A DNA stretch of 62,365 nucleotides, the filler included, from Globobulimina sp. (taxonomy: Eukaryota), in NCBI GenBank assembly GCA_003354225.1. It is 25 parts of 25 records of this genome, joined end to end, with 100 filler letters (N's around TTAATTAATTAA, not from the genome) between each part and the next. Parts side by side here need not be neighbours in the genome. Positions count along the whole stretch, not along the records: positions 1 to 2,400 come from PIVH01006896.1; positions 2,501 to 4,900 come from PIVH01006897.1; positions 5,001 to 7,400 come from PIVH01006898.1; positions 7,501 to 9,900 come from PIVH01006899.1; positions 10,001 to 12,400 come from PIVH01006900.1; positions 12,501 to 14,900 come from PIVH01006901.1; 19 more parts are not named here. One strand, given 5' to 3'. Position 1 is the stretch's first letter, and the number at the start of each line of letters is the position of its first letter. The notes beneath the pieces are model-generated. The model saw only the letters and a program-made list of their open reading frames with translations, searched no databases and was not told the origin of the DNA. This document shows positions 1-12,501 of this stretch, piece by piece. The position numbers and the translations under genes were made by a program.

Positions 1-2
1 TA

Positions 3-281
3 AATGTTAAGGAAGTGAGCGCAGAGGATGAGAAATATTGGAATTGCAGTTTTAAAACGGCGCTAATTGACGGGTTTCCGGCGGTGTTTGTGATCGCAAG
101 GAGGGATATTAAAATTGGCGAGGAATTGAATGTGTTTTATGGTGATAATTATGGAAAGTCTGTGCAACAAAAACATGATTATGACGAGACTATGGCAAAA
201 ATTGCAGGCTTGGTTGATGGCACAATTTTGAAAATACTTGGTCCGATTTCTGAATTTGACGATGTTTATATTATTGAGTAA
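3..281 (+). CDS. SET-domain protein, C-terminal fragment (5' truncated)
   Basis: NC...VFVIARRDIKIGEELNVFYG matches the SET C-terminal signature (A.rDI..GEEL...Y). Confidence 0.8.
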   Translation, partial: NVKEVSAEDEKYWNCSFKTALIDGFPAVFVIARRDIKIGEELNVFYGDNYGKSVQQKHDYDETMAKIAGLVDGTILKILGPISEFDDVYIIE

Positions 282-317
282 TTGTAAAATGTTTTTGTCT
301 AAGAGTTTAATAAAACC

Positions 318-1308
318 ATGTCTGTCCATCCAGAATTATCAAATAAATTATCACGTCAACAATCCGCAGCTTTGTTGAATATACCATGCGTGTCGCCAGG
401 AACATGGCTGACAACTCCTTGCCTAAACCCACTGAACAGATTCAATCATCATTTCATTGCAATACATCCGTTACTTTACTGTGGTTACAATGGACGCGAA
501 ATAAATATGGTAAATCTATGGGGTGACATATCTACGGGACAAGAAAAGAAATACATTACAAAAACATGGAAGATTGTCCGCGAACCCAAATCAGCGCAGC
601 ACGCTGCACTCATAATAACGCGGGCAATATCTCGTTTGGGTGAGCAGAAATACAAAGGATTAAGCAATAACTGCGAACATTATGCAACATGGTGCTTTAC
701 CGGCTATTCTTCTTCAAAACAGGTCTACGAATCAGTGCTCAATGGATTTTCATCCGGCGGCGCTGCGCTTGCTGGAGCCGGTTCGTCCCCACTCTCAAAT
801 GTTTGTTTTTAATTAATTGTATACCATATTATCTATCTATTCATGTCCAGGTATTGGTGCAATGAGTGTGCCGACAGTGGGGATTTTCAGCAGTGCACAG
901 ATTGGAGCTGCCGGCGTGGTGATTGGCTCTGTGACTGCAGCCGTGTCATGGCCTTTTATTTTGACCGGAGCTGTGGTTGGATGTGCTGTGGGATATGGCA
1001 TACCAAAGGGAATGGAGTTAAATAGAAAGCATAAATATAGAAAGAAATTGCGACAGAAATTGGTTCAACGGGAGAACCATTACAGTGTTGAGATGATGGA
1101 TGAAGTTGCTATTATTATAGAGGAAATAGATGAGATTGGGAAAGATGTGGACATTGACAAAAGTGATTTGGAAGAGGTGAGTATTGCGTTAAATGATATT
1201 TTTATGGTTTTGGATAAGTATTATCACAGAGATATTGCTAAAAAAGATGTCATTGGCACTGTGTTTGAGGAGAAGGAAGAGGACGATGTAAAGAAAGAAA
1301 CCGAATGA
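318..1308 (+). CDS. LRAT-like (permuted NlpC/P60) acyltransferase/phospholipase with Gly/Ala-rich hydrophobic segment and acidic tail; 2 exons
   Basis: HHFIA and Y..LSNNCEHYATWC.TG motifs; a GT..AG intron at 781-850 joins ORFs 318-812 and 817-1308 in frame. Confidence 0.8.
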
Positions 1309-1426
1309 AATATGTTTCGAATTAAGAATTTTCGCCGCTTCAGGTTGTTGCTGTCAACCCACATTTGTACAGAAACGTTAATATATAACATCAAGCATCA
1401 CACAATCAACATACATTCAATTAATG

Positions 1427-2400
1427 TCACATTGCCGCAACTTTAGAGATAAATTTAATAGCCTGACCTGAAAGGAATCCCATGTCTTTCAACTCTTTTT
1501 CCTTTAATTTCTTCCAAAATTCAACATCATCCCAACCATTGATTTCAATCAATATCTTTGCGACAGACGATAGTTTCCAATCATTCAACAATTGATACGG
1601 ATCCAATTCATCCAAATCATATTCATACACTTTATCGCCAATCACCTTCCTTATAAATTGATTTGCATATTGATATGCCAAATTATTGTCATTCACTTCA
1701 AATAATCGAGCTATATATATTTAAAAATAACAACATTCTGCATCTATATTAACATAATTATACAATGTACCATACCCTTCTTATACACATCATGGCTGAT
1801 TTTTTTATGCTGATAAAACAATTTATGATGTAATTGTATTTCACAAATTATCACAGAGCCTGGACACTGAATATTGATCAACAAATCTCTATATCCAAAT
1901 GGCATATTAATTGGATGGAATCTGTCCTTACACCGTAATATTCCACCATTGCCATTTAATTTTGATATCTCTTCAATCACTGCAAAACATCTGTAAATAT
2001 CGGTAAAATTATCAAACACCAATGAACATCGCAAGACATCCGTCATTTGTTTGAATCCATTGTCGCCATAAACTGCTGAATAAACATAAAAAGTTTTATA
2101 GAATGCTCTTTCAATATTTTTTTCTTTTGCTCCCGATCTGGATATTATTTTAATATTTTCCTGTTTACATTCATCATCCACTGTTTTCAAAAACTTCCGA
2201 AATGATTTAATATACATTTTTGCGCCAAATACTAACTCAACGAATGAGTTTGCGGAACAAATCGGTTTTGTTTTGTTCTCATAGATTTGAATATTTTTTG
2301 CAAATGTATCCCTTCCATTTTCTTGCTTTGTTTTTTCATTTTTTGCATACACCGAATTAAATAGATTTTCTATCAAAATAATGTTATTCAAGAATGTGTT
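1427..2400 (-). CDS. RelA/SpoT-like nucleotidyltransferase domain + C-terminal SAM domain; 5' truncated, 2 exons
   Basis: K..ERA..K, DVLRCSLVF, KDRF...GYRDL and CEIQL motifs; intron 1775-1711 gives KKARLFE in frame; tail LNDWKL...LIE.NGWDD..W..L...ELKDMGF..G.A.KF is SAM-like. Confidence 0.75.
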
Positions 2401-2500
2401 NNNNNNNNNNNNNNNNNNNNNNNNNNNNNNNNNNNNNNNNNNNNTTAATTAATTAANNNNNNNNNNNNNNNNNNNNNNNNNNNNNNNNNNNNNNNNNNNN
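2401..2500. other. Artificial contig spacer (N44-TTAATTAATTAA-N44); first of 24 such spacers, about every 2.5 kb
   Basis: The same 100-nt linker with stops in all six frames recurs 24 times; contig lengths fall monotonically from 2400 to 2397 bp. Confidence 0.98.
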
Positions 2501-2576
2501 AACTGATATTTTTTTTTCCAAAGATTTTCAGTTTCAAACTGACAAAAAATCAGTTTCAAACTGAAAAAAAAAAGTG

Positions 2577-4679
2577 TTAAATACCTTGACTGTTTTCATT
2601 ATGTAGCTTATAATTTAAACAAATGAAATCGATGCATTCTTTCAAATGTTTCCGTTTCTGTACAATATGCATAATCGAAGGATTATTTTCGGCCCTCGCC
2701 ACGTTTAGTAATTGCTGCGCATTCTCTATAATGAATGTTTCTTTTTGTGATGTTGTTTGAAACTCTGCCAATTGCTGCTTCAAATTGTATTTATTTGCTA
2801 ACAAATTAAATATATTATTAATATCATTATCATTACAGAATATTTCATTGTTCCTGGTTTTGACCATTTGCCCCAACCACCAACGCATACTCTCGGCCCA
2901 GTTGTGAATGAGACCATCAATGTTTAAGCCCTCATACAAATCAATAGATTTCTCCATATAACACGCCGCAAAATGCGATTTTTTCACGCCCATCGAGGTA
3001 AACACAATATTGCTCATGGAATTTGTTTTGTTTTTCTTTGGAATCACATCTCTTTTCCTCGCAAATGGACTCATGGGAGCCCGAGTGGTCACATTTATAA
3101 CTTGCTTTTTTTGCTCCTCTTTCACTTGTTTTAGCACATTTTGTGTAGTCAGTACCTGTCCGATATTGTCCCCTCGTAAATTAATATCATTATACATGCC
3201 GTCATAGTTATATCCGCCCACATTGCCTCCGTATGTGCCACCAATGTGACCCTTCGCAGGCGTGCCAGCCTGGGCCAGCGTACTCATATTGTTCATGTTC
3301 ATATTATTGATCGTACGATTATGCAGGTTATTATTCATGTTACTACGCACATTGAAACCGCCAAAACCGGACACATTCCACGCCAAGGACTGCGTTTTCG
3401 CAATGGGGGAAGGTTGGATTACACTAAAATCGGCAGGAAACGGCTCAGCGTCTGTGTTATCGTACGAGTACATAGTTACATCCATATTGGACGACTCTGG
3501 CGTGGCAATGTCTGCACTTCCTTGGTTAGCTGAGCACAAAATAACACACACATAACTAAGGTACGCATGAAAATAAAACCTAGCTTAAAAAAACCACTCT
3601 AACTCGCTGTGCACAGCGACATTTTTAAAAAATCGCACTCGGAATTAGCGGTGCGAGGATCCGTACTGTTTGCAAAAATGTGCTTAACTGTTATCGAGGG
3701 TTGAATTCCAGATCGCAGACGGCCGGGAAGGCACTGCCGGTGTCATTCGCATGGAGCCAAAGGTTTTGCCAATGGGAGTTTTGTTGAGATTGGCGTGCGC
3801 AGCGAGGGAAGGGGTGGTTGTGCTGAATGAAGAGGACGGGGCGCGGTTCAATATGGAGTCGTATTCGTTGATTGTGTTTGGAAAGGTGTTGTTTTTTTGT
3901 TTGGTCAGGAAGTTGCTTAGATTTTGATGGGTGACGATTTTGTTGGGATGGAGTGACTGTATTTTGTTTGGAGATGAATGGTAATCATATTTGGGCTCCG
4001 TCGATTTTAAGACCGTGGATGACACGCGATTTAGCATAGATTTGTTGGTGAAAAATAAGTCATCTCTTCGCTTTGCAGTGTGTAGATTATTTTGGTTGGT
4101 CGGATGACTCGGATTGATATTTTTGTTGGTTGTGGTGGGGTTGCTGGAGGTGGTGGAATACGGGTTATTTGTGGCGAGGTTGTGGAGAGTCGGTGGTTTT
4201 TGATTGTTGAGGTTTGTGACTAATAAATATAAGAAAGCGACAGAGATTAAGAAGAGAATGATTGAGATTGTTTTGTAAAAGAGATATCTTGGAATGGTTT
4301 GGATGTCGCTGCCATAATCGTACAAGAAATAGGCAATGAAGCCAATGATGGCAGTGATTACCGACTGAATCCAGACTGGATAGGATGTGAATATTCGGTC
4401 GGTGAGCCAGTCCATGAACCATTTAAGTAATGGCGACGATTTTGGTGGTATGTTGTTGGGGGTGGCGCTTTTGCTGTGATTGCTGTTATTGATGGTGGTG
4501 CCAAATCGTTGGTTGTTTCGTAGGGTGTTTATGTTGCCGCGACTGCCAAATTGTGGATAATTTGTTTTTGTGGTGGTTGCGTGTGGTAATTGGTTTGATG
4601 GCTGTCTGTCGTTAAGTAGTGGCGGGAATGAAGTGCCGCGTTTGGTGTTCAATAGTGGTGGCCAACGTGAACGATCCAT
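2577..4679 (-). CDS. Membrane protein, possibly TMEM209/cytochrome-B561-N-like nuclear envelope protein; multi-exon, 3' incomplete
   Basis: Two N-terminal TM helices, long S/T/N/P-rich disordered region, then I.NWAESMRWW resembling the TMEM209 W...R.W motif; intron near 3690-3530. Confidence 0.4.
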
Positions 4680-5000
4680 GGTTTTGAGAAAAAAACTGAA
4701 GTGAATTGTGATTTGTAAGGTTGAGTAGCTCACATCAACAAAATCTTATCATGGCAACGCATCTAAATTATAACATCACTGATTTGATACCTTATTTAAC
4801 CTGGAATGAACCATTTGGAAACACAGGTATACCCTACTTAGTGTATAGAAAGAAGTATAATGATAAATATATACATAAACATAGGAATTCTACCATCAAT
4901 NNNNNNNNNNNNNNNNNNNNNNNNNNNNNNNNNNNNNNNNNNNNTTAATTAATTAANNNNNNNNNNNNNNNNNNNNNNNNNNNNNNNNNNNNNNNNNNNN

Positions 5001-5215
5001 TCATCCAAACCAGGTGGGATATGTTGCTTTTTTCGTAGGTTTGCGATTTCTTTGATAAATTGTATCAAATCAATATGCGAATTAAAAATGAGTCGCGTAT
5101 TCGTTAACTCAATCGCATCCAAATACTTTCTTAATTTGCTTCTTGATTTACTTGTAATGTATATATCGTGTATCAATTGTAAAATGTCAATGTAATCTGC
5201 ATCTTTAGTTGCCAT
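5001..5215 (-). CDS. Hypothetical protein, 3' truncated
   Basis: ATG-initiated open frame running into the contig end. Confidence 0.3.
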
Positions 5216-5274
5216 AAAGCATCAAGTTTTTTTTTTAGCAGTGGCAAGTTTTTCGCAGTTTCAAATTTAATTAT

Positions 5275-6201
5275 TTAATACCAATTTAAGTCAACACCAG
5301 TGGAGCATTTAGTAGTGGTGCCTTGAAATTGCTTCATTGCGGGCGAAGACCACCCACCAAACTGCATTGAAGCCCAATCACTGAACGATGGGTTATTATC
5401 ATAATGAGCATACCATAATGGATACCCATGAGCTGCGGTACAGGCAGTCCTGGCACCCATTACTTGTTCCCATTCGCCGAGAGAACTATAAACGCCCGGT
5501 TTTTGACCCTTCGCCACAACCGCTTGGATTAATTGTTGCAGATAATCACAATTTGAGGAATAACTGCTTCCCCATCCACAGCCCGACGATGGATTCACTT
5601 CAATGTCCATCCATATCATACCATAGCTGGCACCAACATCACTTTCGTTTCTCCACAATGGAGCATTGCCATTTTGATTTAATTGCAATTGGCTCATATT
5701 TGCAACAAATCCGCGGCCGTACCGAATAAGTCTTGGTGCTTTTGCTTTTGCTTTGGTTGTATATCTATATCCTGCTTTTAATCCAGGTGCCATTTTATCA
5801 TTTGGCGGGAGCGGGAAATCATGGCTGATGGGCCCACCATTTAGAGCCGAGGCTAAATCAGCAATCAATGCGTCCACTTGTGAGGCAGCTGACTGTCCTC
5901 GACATGGAAATAAATAAACATCGTTATAGGGGACACCCGCTGCTCTTGCATTATTTAAATTCGTTATTGATGCTTAATGCATGCAGGCAATTGGTATAAT
6001 ATCATATGGTATTTAATAAGAAAAGTTAGACGTACTGGAATCAAAGGCGCCATAGCTCTTCCATGCTCTTGAAATGGAAAATTGATATCCATCGGTATTA
6101 TGCAAGCAACTCCATTGGTTTGAAGCTGTGCTTAAATCTACTCCTTCTGTGGCTGCAGATAATACAATCAATAAGCTCAACGCTGCAGATAACACAATCA
6201 T
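5275..6201 (-). CDS. Secreted GH25 lysozyme/muramidase (protist type); 2 exons
   Basis: Signal peptide, GVDLS, RAW.SYG, DVYLFPC, IWMDIE, GVYSS..EW, LWYAHYD, FGGW..P.MKQF, VDLNWY; intron 6035-5973 in frame. Confidence 0.92.
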
Positions 6202-8387
6202 ACTTCAAATTAAAGGGCTGTAGAAAACTTTACTAGGTACAAGAGGTTTTTGTAGGTAATCAACATTTCTAGATAGAAGAAACTGTTATCGGATTAGGCT
6301 TGACCACACTAACTCTTTCGTCATTTTGCTTGGCTTTTTGTGTGTTGCAATAGGCATAAATATAACCCATTAGAGCTGTCGTAAAAGCTGGCACTTCATT
6401 TCCTTCTCAATTTTTTTTCTTCAAAACTTTAAGAAATCAATTAAAGATTTCTCCCATTTTTTACTAACAAAAAATGAGGGCCTTTATTGGGGGTTGAATC
6501 CCATGAACAAAACCTGTACAAAATGTACAAAAAAGATTTAAAAGTACATAGCAATTGTTTTTAAAAAATCATTGCTAATGCAGATAGAAAAAAATTAACA
6601 CCATTTTCCAGAATTTTCAAACAAAAATAAAAATAATAAAAAGGACAAAAAACAGAGAAGAGAAATACAAAAACCAATAAAAGTTTAACAAGATTTCAAT
6701 AGGCACTTTGATTGATTCTCCCTTTATGGTTCAGCACTCTCTCTCTCTATCGGTGTAATGTCCAATATATGCACTTGTTTTAATGATTTGAATTTGATTA
6801 AACTTGATTTGCTTCAATAATTGCCAAATATTAAAACAAAATTTAAATTTATACGGTATCAACATTAATTCGACCAAATTACGGTAATTTAGTAATGCGT
6901 TTATGCGTACATAGTGAAATTAATAATTCATTTAATACATTTTTGAATCAATATACATTAATAGGCAATCTAAAATGATTTAATATGCGTATTTGCGTAC
7001 ATTATAAATAATTTAATCTGCTTCGATTATAAATAATTAATTATTTATCAGAATTATTCTGAATCAATTCCATAATACCAGTCCTCTCGAATACCATCAC
7101 CACTCTCCACTCGTCAAAAATAATAAATAATAAATCTTGTTAATCTTTGTAAAACTTTAATGCGAGCATTTGTTTTAGATAATACCATCATATTGTCCTC
7201 GTGTCGTTATATTAAACTGGAAACTAAAATATATTCTTCTGTGCAGCAAGAACAATAAAAGGAAAAAGCCGCAACTGCTTATAATATCCACAGTAAAAAA
7301 TAATAATATCCACAGTCATCGGGTGATATTTAATCTTATTCACACTCGTTGGAATTTTGACGAGGGGATGGTTGGTAAAAGAGGTAGGGGAGGAATTGAT
7401 NNNNNNNNNNNNNNNNNNNNNNNNNNNNNNNNNNNNNNNNNNNNTTAATTAATTAANNNNNNNNNNNNNNNNNNNNNNNNNNNNNNNNNNNNNNNNNNNN
7501 ATTAACTGCCGCTGGATTTACTTCAATTAAAAAGAACATCAAACCATTATAAATAAAGTTATTTAATATTTATGCATGATACAAAAATTGGATTAATAAT
7601 TGAATAACTGATATTGCGCATATCCGCAAGTATAAATTTTGTATGTATAATAATTATATAAGTGCATAAAACGTATTGTATTGTAACATAAATTATATTG
7701 TAAACCAAACAATTTTTCTTTTTATCTAAGCTTGAATTAATGTTGTGAATAATGTGAATAATTTGTGTTAACTGATTTATTTAAATGTATATCAATATAT
7801 TTTGTTTTTGATGAATGAATAATTGACTGATTGAATCTATGTTTATTATGTTTGTCAATAGTAAGTCTTAGGAATGACTTTGTTATTTCATTTCCTTACG
7901 ACTTTCTGTTTTTTTTCGGATATTTTTCTGAAATTTAATTTTTCTCTGTCCGTTAACCTTTGATTAGAGACTGATAGTCTGCTTATCTGGCTTTTGTCAT
8001 ATGAGAGGACACAGACTGGTCTTGCAAAGAGCGACACGTTTGATTGTATATTTATTATGTGATCGACTGTGTTTAGCAGTTGAATCTTAAAGTGTTTAGC
8101 AGTCAAATCGGCTACGACAGAATCACCAATATATATAAATAGGTTTTGCGGTTTATTGCAATGTTTGGATCTTAGTAATTGTTAATATATAATCTGAATA
8201 ACTGAATAACAAGGGTTAAACGTTAGGAATGCATTGAAATTAGAGGTTTTGAGAAAGTTGAGAGGTTTTGATAAAATAACATTATTTATAAAATAAATTA
8301 TGAATTTCTGTGCACATTAAAAGAAATTCAAGAAAAACAGATAACAAACAAACAAACGCACAAAGCAAACAAAACAAAACAAATCAA

Positions 8388-9826
8388 TCAATATGTCCCA
8401 TACCTTCGTCTCGAGAATATATACATTTTTGGACTAATCCACGGATGTTTTTTAATTTTATTTAAACAAATTCTATCCGCTTCATAGCGAAATATAGATT
8501 GCAACAAATCAATCAAATTTGAATCAAAACGATCTAAAATATTCCATCTGCATAATAAATACATTAATTTACCATTCATGATGCACATAAACGCATTATC
8601 CGATTTATCCGCAATATTCCATGGTTTGATGCCCGCGATCATCATAAATAAGCAAACCCCGACACACCACACATCATTCTTTTTTGCATCAAATCTTTTC
8701 TTTTCGCCCACCACCTCTGGTGACTTATAATTTGCTTTACCCACAAACCTATCACTCAACGCTTTAGTTTTCGTGAATAACTTTGCTAAACCTATAAAAA
8801 CAACATTTTACAGCAATATTATTAATATACAGAAAATAAAATAAAAAACACATACCAAAGTCACATAATTTGATTTGTAAATTATCGGTAACCACAGTAA
8901 TTTTTTCAGTATCACCAATTTGCTCCACTTCAATTTGCACATCGTTTACCAAAAAGTTTTCCAATGAAATATCACAATGACACACGTTCTTACTATGCAT
9001 GTAATGGATACATTCAATCATTTGCTTATAAATAACTTTACAAACTCTCTGCCATTCACGTATTGAAATAGCTCCATTGCGCACATAATCGTGTGCTTTA
9101 ATGACGAAATCAAATAAGGAACTTCCTCCATCTTCCATTACCAAATAATACTCTGTTTTGCTGTTGTTTTATTTATGTTGATTTTGTTTGTGCACAGTAC
9201 ACAAATATGGATATTTAGTCTATTTACATACGTTCGGAAGAACCGTTTGTATTTAACGATGGATTTGGGGCAATTATCAAATTGAGTTAAATATTTTAAT
9301 ATAGATTTTTCCAATAAAATATCTTCCCAAATTTCATGTAGTCTGCCATCAATAAATGCAATTTTATTTTTATGCATAAATTGATTTGTTACTTTGATTA
9401 TCGATGTTTCATTATCTTTGGATGTCCGCCATATGCTATGTATACAAAGTGTGTATACTAAAATAAGTACATGTTATTTGTTAGAACGTATTTGTAAATG
9501 TACAAAAAAAGTGGCTTCAAATGATTTGAATGGAATCAAGCAATATTTATATTCATAAAACATCATAAACATAAACGCAATTAACAATGGAAGCACATAT
9601 TCAATGTGCTTCATCTGAAGTTATCGCAATTAATTTGCATACAGATCCAACGTACATCGTTTTTATTTTTACATATTTACGATTTTTTTCTTAGTCCTCC
9701 TGTTTTATTAGAAAATACATTGACGTCGTACCTTCCTTGTAGGGTGTTTGTAAGTTTCGTAGCAACATTGAATCCAACTTCATTTAACGTTCGAATAACC
9801 TTTTTCTCGTATTTTGAATGAGACAT
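8388..9826 (-). CDS. Ser/Thr protein kinase (CAMK-like), multi-exon
   Basis: TLQG Gly-loop exon, HCDISLEN catalytic loop, KLCDFG, GK.NYKSPEV, DVWCVGV, HPW; separated by AT-rich GT-AG introns. Confidence 0.88.
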
Positions 9827-10002
9827 GATATGGTTTAGAAAATCGAACTAAAATTGAACTGAAAAACACTCTTTTTTAAGCTGAAAAACACTCTTTTTTC
9901 NNNNNNNNNNNNNNNNNNNNNNNNNNNNNNNNNNNNNNNNNNNNTTAATTAATTAANNNNNNNNNNNNNNNNNNNNNNNNNNNNNNNNNNNNNNNNNNNN
10001 CA

Positions 10003-11250
10003 CAAACTCAATTTGAAGAAGGCTTGTTACACATTGCGACATTTGAAAATAAAATGAGTGAAAAATGGAAATATGCATTAAATGATAACTCAATAAAATA
10101 TGATGCGTTTTTTGATAATAATATCGCATTTTGGGTCAACTCGTTGGATGAATATATTTTACATTGGCAATCAAATCAAAATGTAAAATTTGAATATTTT
10201 GGAATTGAGTGGAATTTATATGACATAAATATCGATGACGATCAGTTCAAAAATAATAAATTTTATTCAATTTTAATTCACTCCCCTCAGTCAGCCAGAA
10301 ATTTTGAATTTATCTCTTATATTAAACCATATTTACATACTAACATTAAATGGATAACCGATGATATCCCACGGTGTACATTCAAAATGCAAAATAATCC
10401 ATATCCGTGGCACAGGAATGACAAAGCAACCATTGTTCCAATACGTATATCGCAGCCAACCACAAACATTGATAAAATGCATGATTTTTATGTACATATA
10501 TTGGAAGCAAATTTGCTTTATTATGCAAAGTCAATTCAATCCGACACGAAAGCAATGTTTTTAGCGCTGACAAATACACACATTGAGATACTGTTTGTTG
10601 AAAGAAATCCATTTGTTGCAATTGCAACATTTGATGATTTTACGTTGGATAAATATGAGAATTTATTAATGGAGACACATGAAACAATAATAACTTCGCC
10701 ATTTTGTGGACAGGATCGATGGATGGATAATCATTATGCTTTTGAAACATATGTTGTTCCTGGTTTATTGGATAAAATATATTCAAATTTGAATAAATAT
10801 AATATCAAATATACAGTGCATAAAAATACAGCGCAACATGTCTCAGATTATATTAAGCATCAATTGGAATTAATAAATTATTCTGGCGAATATACCTTTG
10901 GTTTATGGATAATTGAACCCACCGGAAACAGTATCAAAATGGGCGGAATTATATCGGATTCAAATGTTGCATATTATGCAAATACAAATGATCCGCAGTG
11001 GTGTCCAAGGCAATGTAATTGGGGTCTGGTGCAAGGCACAATTGATCCAAAAGATATTTATATTGATGATACGTCAGATACGACCTATTATTATCATCAG
11101 TTATATGTTGATCCAGTTAATCGTAGTATTATTTATAGATTTCTTGTTACCATCATGACGCTTGTTTTCTTATATTTGGTATACCATTATTTGTGGTATT
11201 ATGTGTATGAAAAACAGACAAGTATTTGTAGTAATTATGTTCCTATTTAA
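10003..11250 (+). CDS. Uncharacterised protein with possible glyoxalase/VOC-like segment and C-terminal TM helix; 5' truncated
   Basis: Open frame of more than 400 codons; IRISQPTTNIDKMHDFY..ILEA resembles a VOC beta-alpha unit; hydrophobic helix near the C-terminus. Confidence 0.5.
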   Translation, partial: QTQFEEGLLHIATFENKMSEKWKYALNDNSIKYDAFFDNNIAFWVNSLDEYILHWQSNQNVKFEYFGIEWNLYDINIDDDQFKNNKFYSILIHSPQSARNFEFISYIKPYLHTNIKWITDDIPRCTFKMQNNPYPWHRNDKATIVPIRISQPTTNIDKMHDFYVHILEANLLYYAKSIQSDTKAMFLALTNTHIEILFVERNPFVAIATFDDFTLDKYENLLMETHETIITSPFCGQDRWMDNHYAFETYVVPGLLDKIYSNLNKYNIKYTVHKNTAQHVSDYIKHQLELINYSGEYTFGLWIIEPTGNSIKMGGIISDSNVAYYANTNDPQWCPRQCNWGLVQGTIDPKDIYIDDTSDTTYYYHQLYVDPVNRSIIYRFLVTIMTLVFLYLVYHYLWYYVYEKQTSICSNYVPI

Positions 11251-11510
11251 TATATATAAATTCCTCTCGATTTCGCAGACATAATGTGTGAGGTGCATGC
11301 CTACATTGCATCGACCCGGATAAACAAACTCAAAACAAACACAGGTTTGAAAACGTTTTTGTATCGGAACTAGGCCAAAATGAATTTTTTGATTACTATG
11401 TCCGGAAAAGCGTAATAAAGACAATTTGAATGTATTCAAGCTGGTTTATTGCGCATTTGACATTTGTTTTGTGCGAGTGAACGATTCTTAGTTCCAGATA
11501 GGTTCAACCC

Positions 11511-11864
11511 TTATGACCATTGATGGCAACATTTCTCTCCCAAACATATACATCTTACACAACTTCCATACAATCCAATACACATTAAACATGGACAACA
11601 TATCATTTTCCATGAATTAATATTTCCATTTGATCCTTCCCCACAACAGTAAAATGATGGTGTTATCCCAGGAATGCCAAAATAAGCATTGCAACACGAT
11701 AACCACCAAACTGACTTTGCCCAACAGTTTAAATTACGATCGCATGGTGCTGATTTTGCATTTATTCTTTTACCTTCTAGACCACCACGTAAGTCAGCAT
11801 TGTCCATTCCATATTTGTTGGTTAATGGTGCAGTGTCCTTTCCTTTTCTATTCTGATGCAACAT
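11511..11864 (-). CDS. Small Cys-rich (likely palmitoylated) membrane protein
   Basis: Several CC/CxC clusters in a hydrophobic C-terminal half; start codon uncertain. Confidence 0.45.
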   Translation of the reverse strand: MLHQNRKGKDTAPLTNKYGMDNADLRGGLEGKRINAKSAPCDRNLNCWAKSVWWLSCCNAYFGIPGITPSFYCCGEGSNGNINSWKMICCPCLMCIGLYGSCVRCICLGEKCCHQWS

Positions 11865-11904
11865 CAATTTTGCTGTAGTTAGTTGAAAATCAGTTTGTCC
11901 AAAA

Positions 11905-12400
11905 ATGCTTGAAACTATCAAAGCCGGCTTGGAATTCTGGGATGCAACAAATCTGATCCTTCTTATATGTGGAATATTCTTTATGCATGAAATTGCTGTA
12001 TATTACACAGAATCGGGAATTGCCGCATCCTCTGGAATTGTATGGATTAAATCACCATTAATTCCGTACTTGAAACAAATATATGAATATATGGAAAGCA
12101 ATAAAAACAATGACACAAATATCAAGAATTTATATAAAAAAGCAATACAAAAACAAATGACACCCTCGACATTTAAATCAATGATTATCAACACACCACA
12201 TTCGACACGCTTTATTATTCCACGATGTTGTGGTTGGATTGAATTATTTATTTTATTTCTTTTATTTGGATATACAAATTATATGCTATCAACACAAACA
12301 ATTTTATTCTGGTTATTGTTGATTGTATCTACTGTTCAAATCACCGGCGCTGTTTACTGTAAATATATTCATCAACAATATAGATATTTACATGAAACAT
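11905..12400 (+). CDS. Hypothetical multi-pass membrane protein, 3' truncated
   Basis: Open frame with about 3 hydrophobic segments. Confidence 0.45.
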
Positions 12401-12501
12401 NNNNNNNNNNNNNNNNNNNNNNNNNNNNNNNNNNNNNNNNNNNNTTAATTAATTAANNNNNNNNNNNNNNNNNNNNNNNNNNNNNNNNNNNNNNNNNNNN
12501 A

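Noticed and set aside
6250-8380. Long AT-rich non-coding stretches as ncRNA genes
   Set aside because: No rRNA, tRNA or snRNA signature was recognisable by eye; consistent with intergenic DNA.
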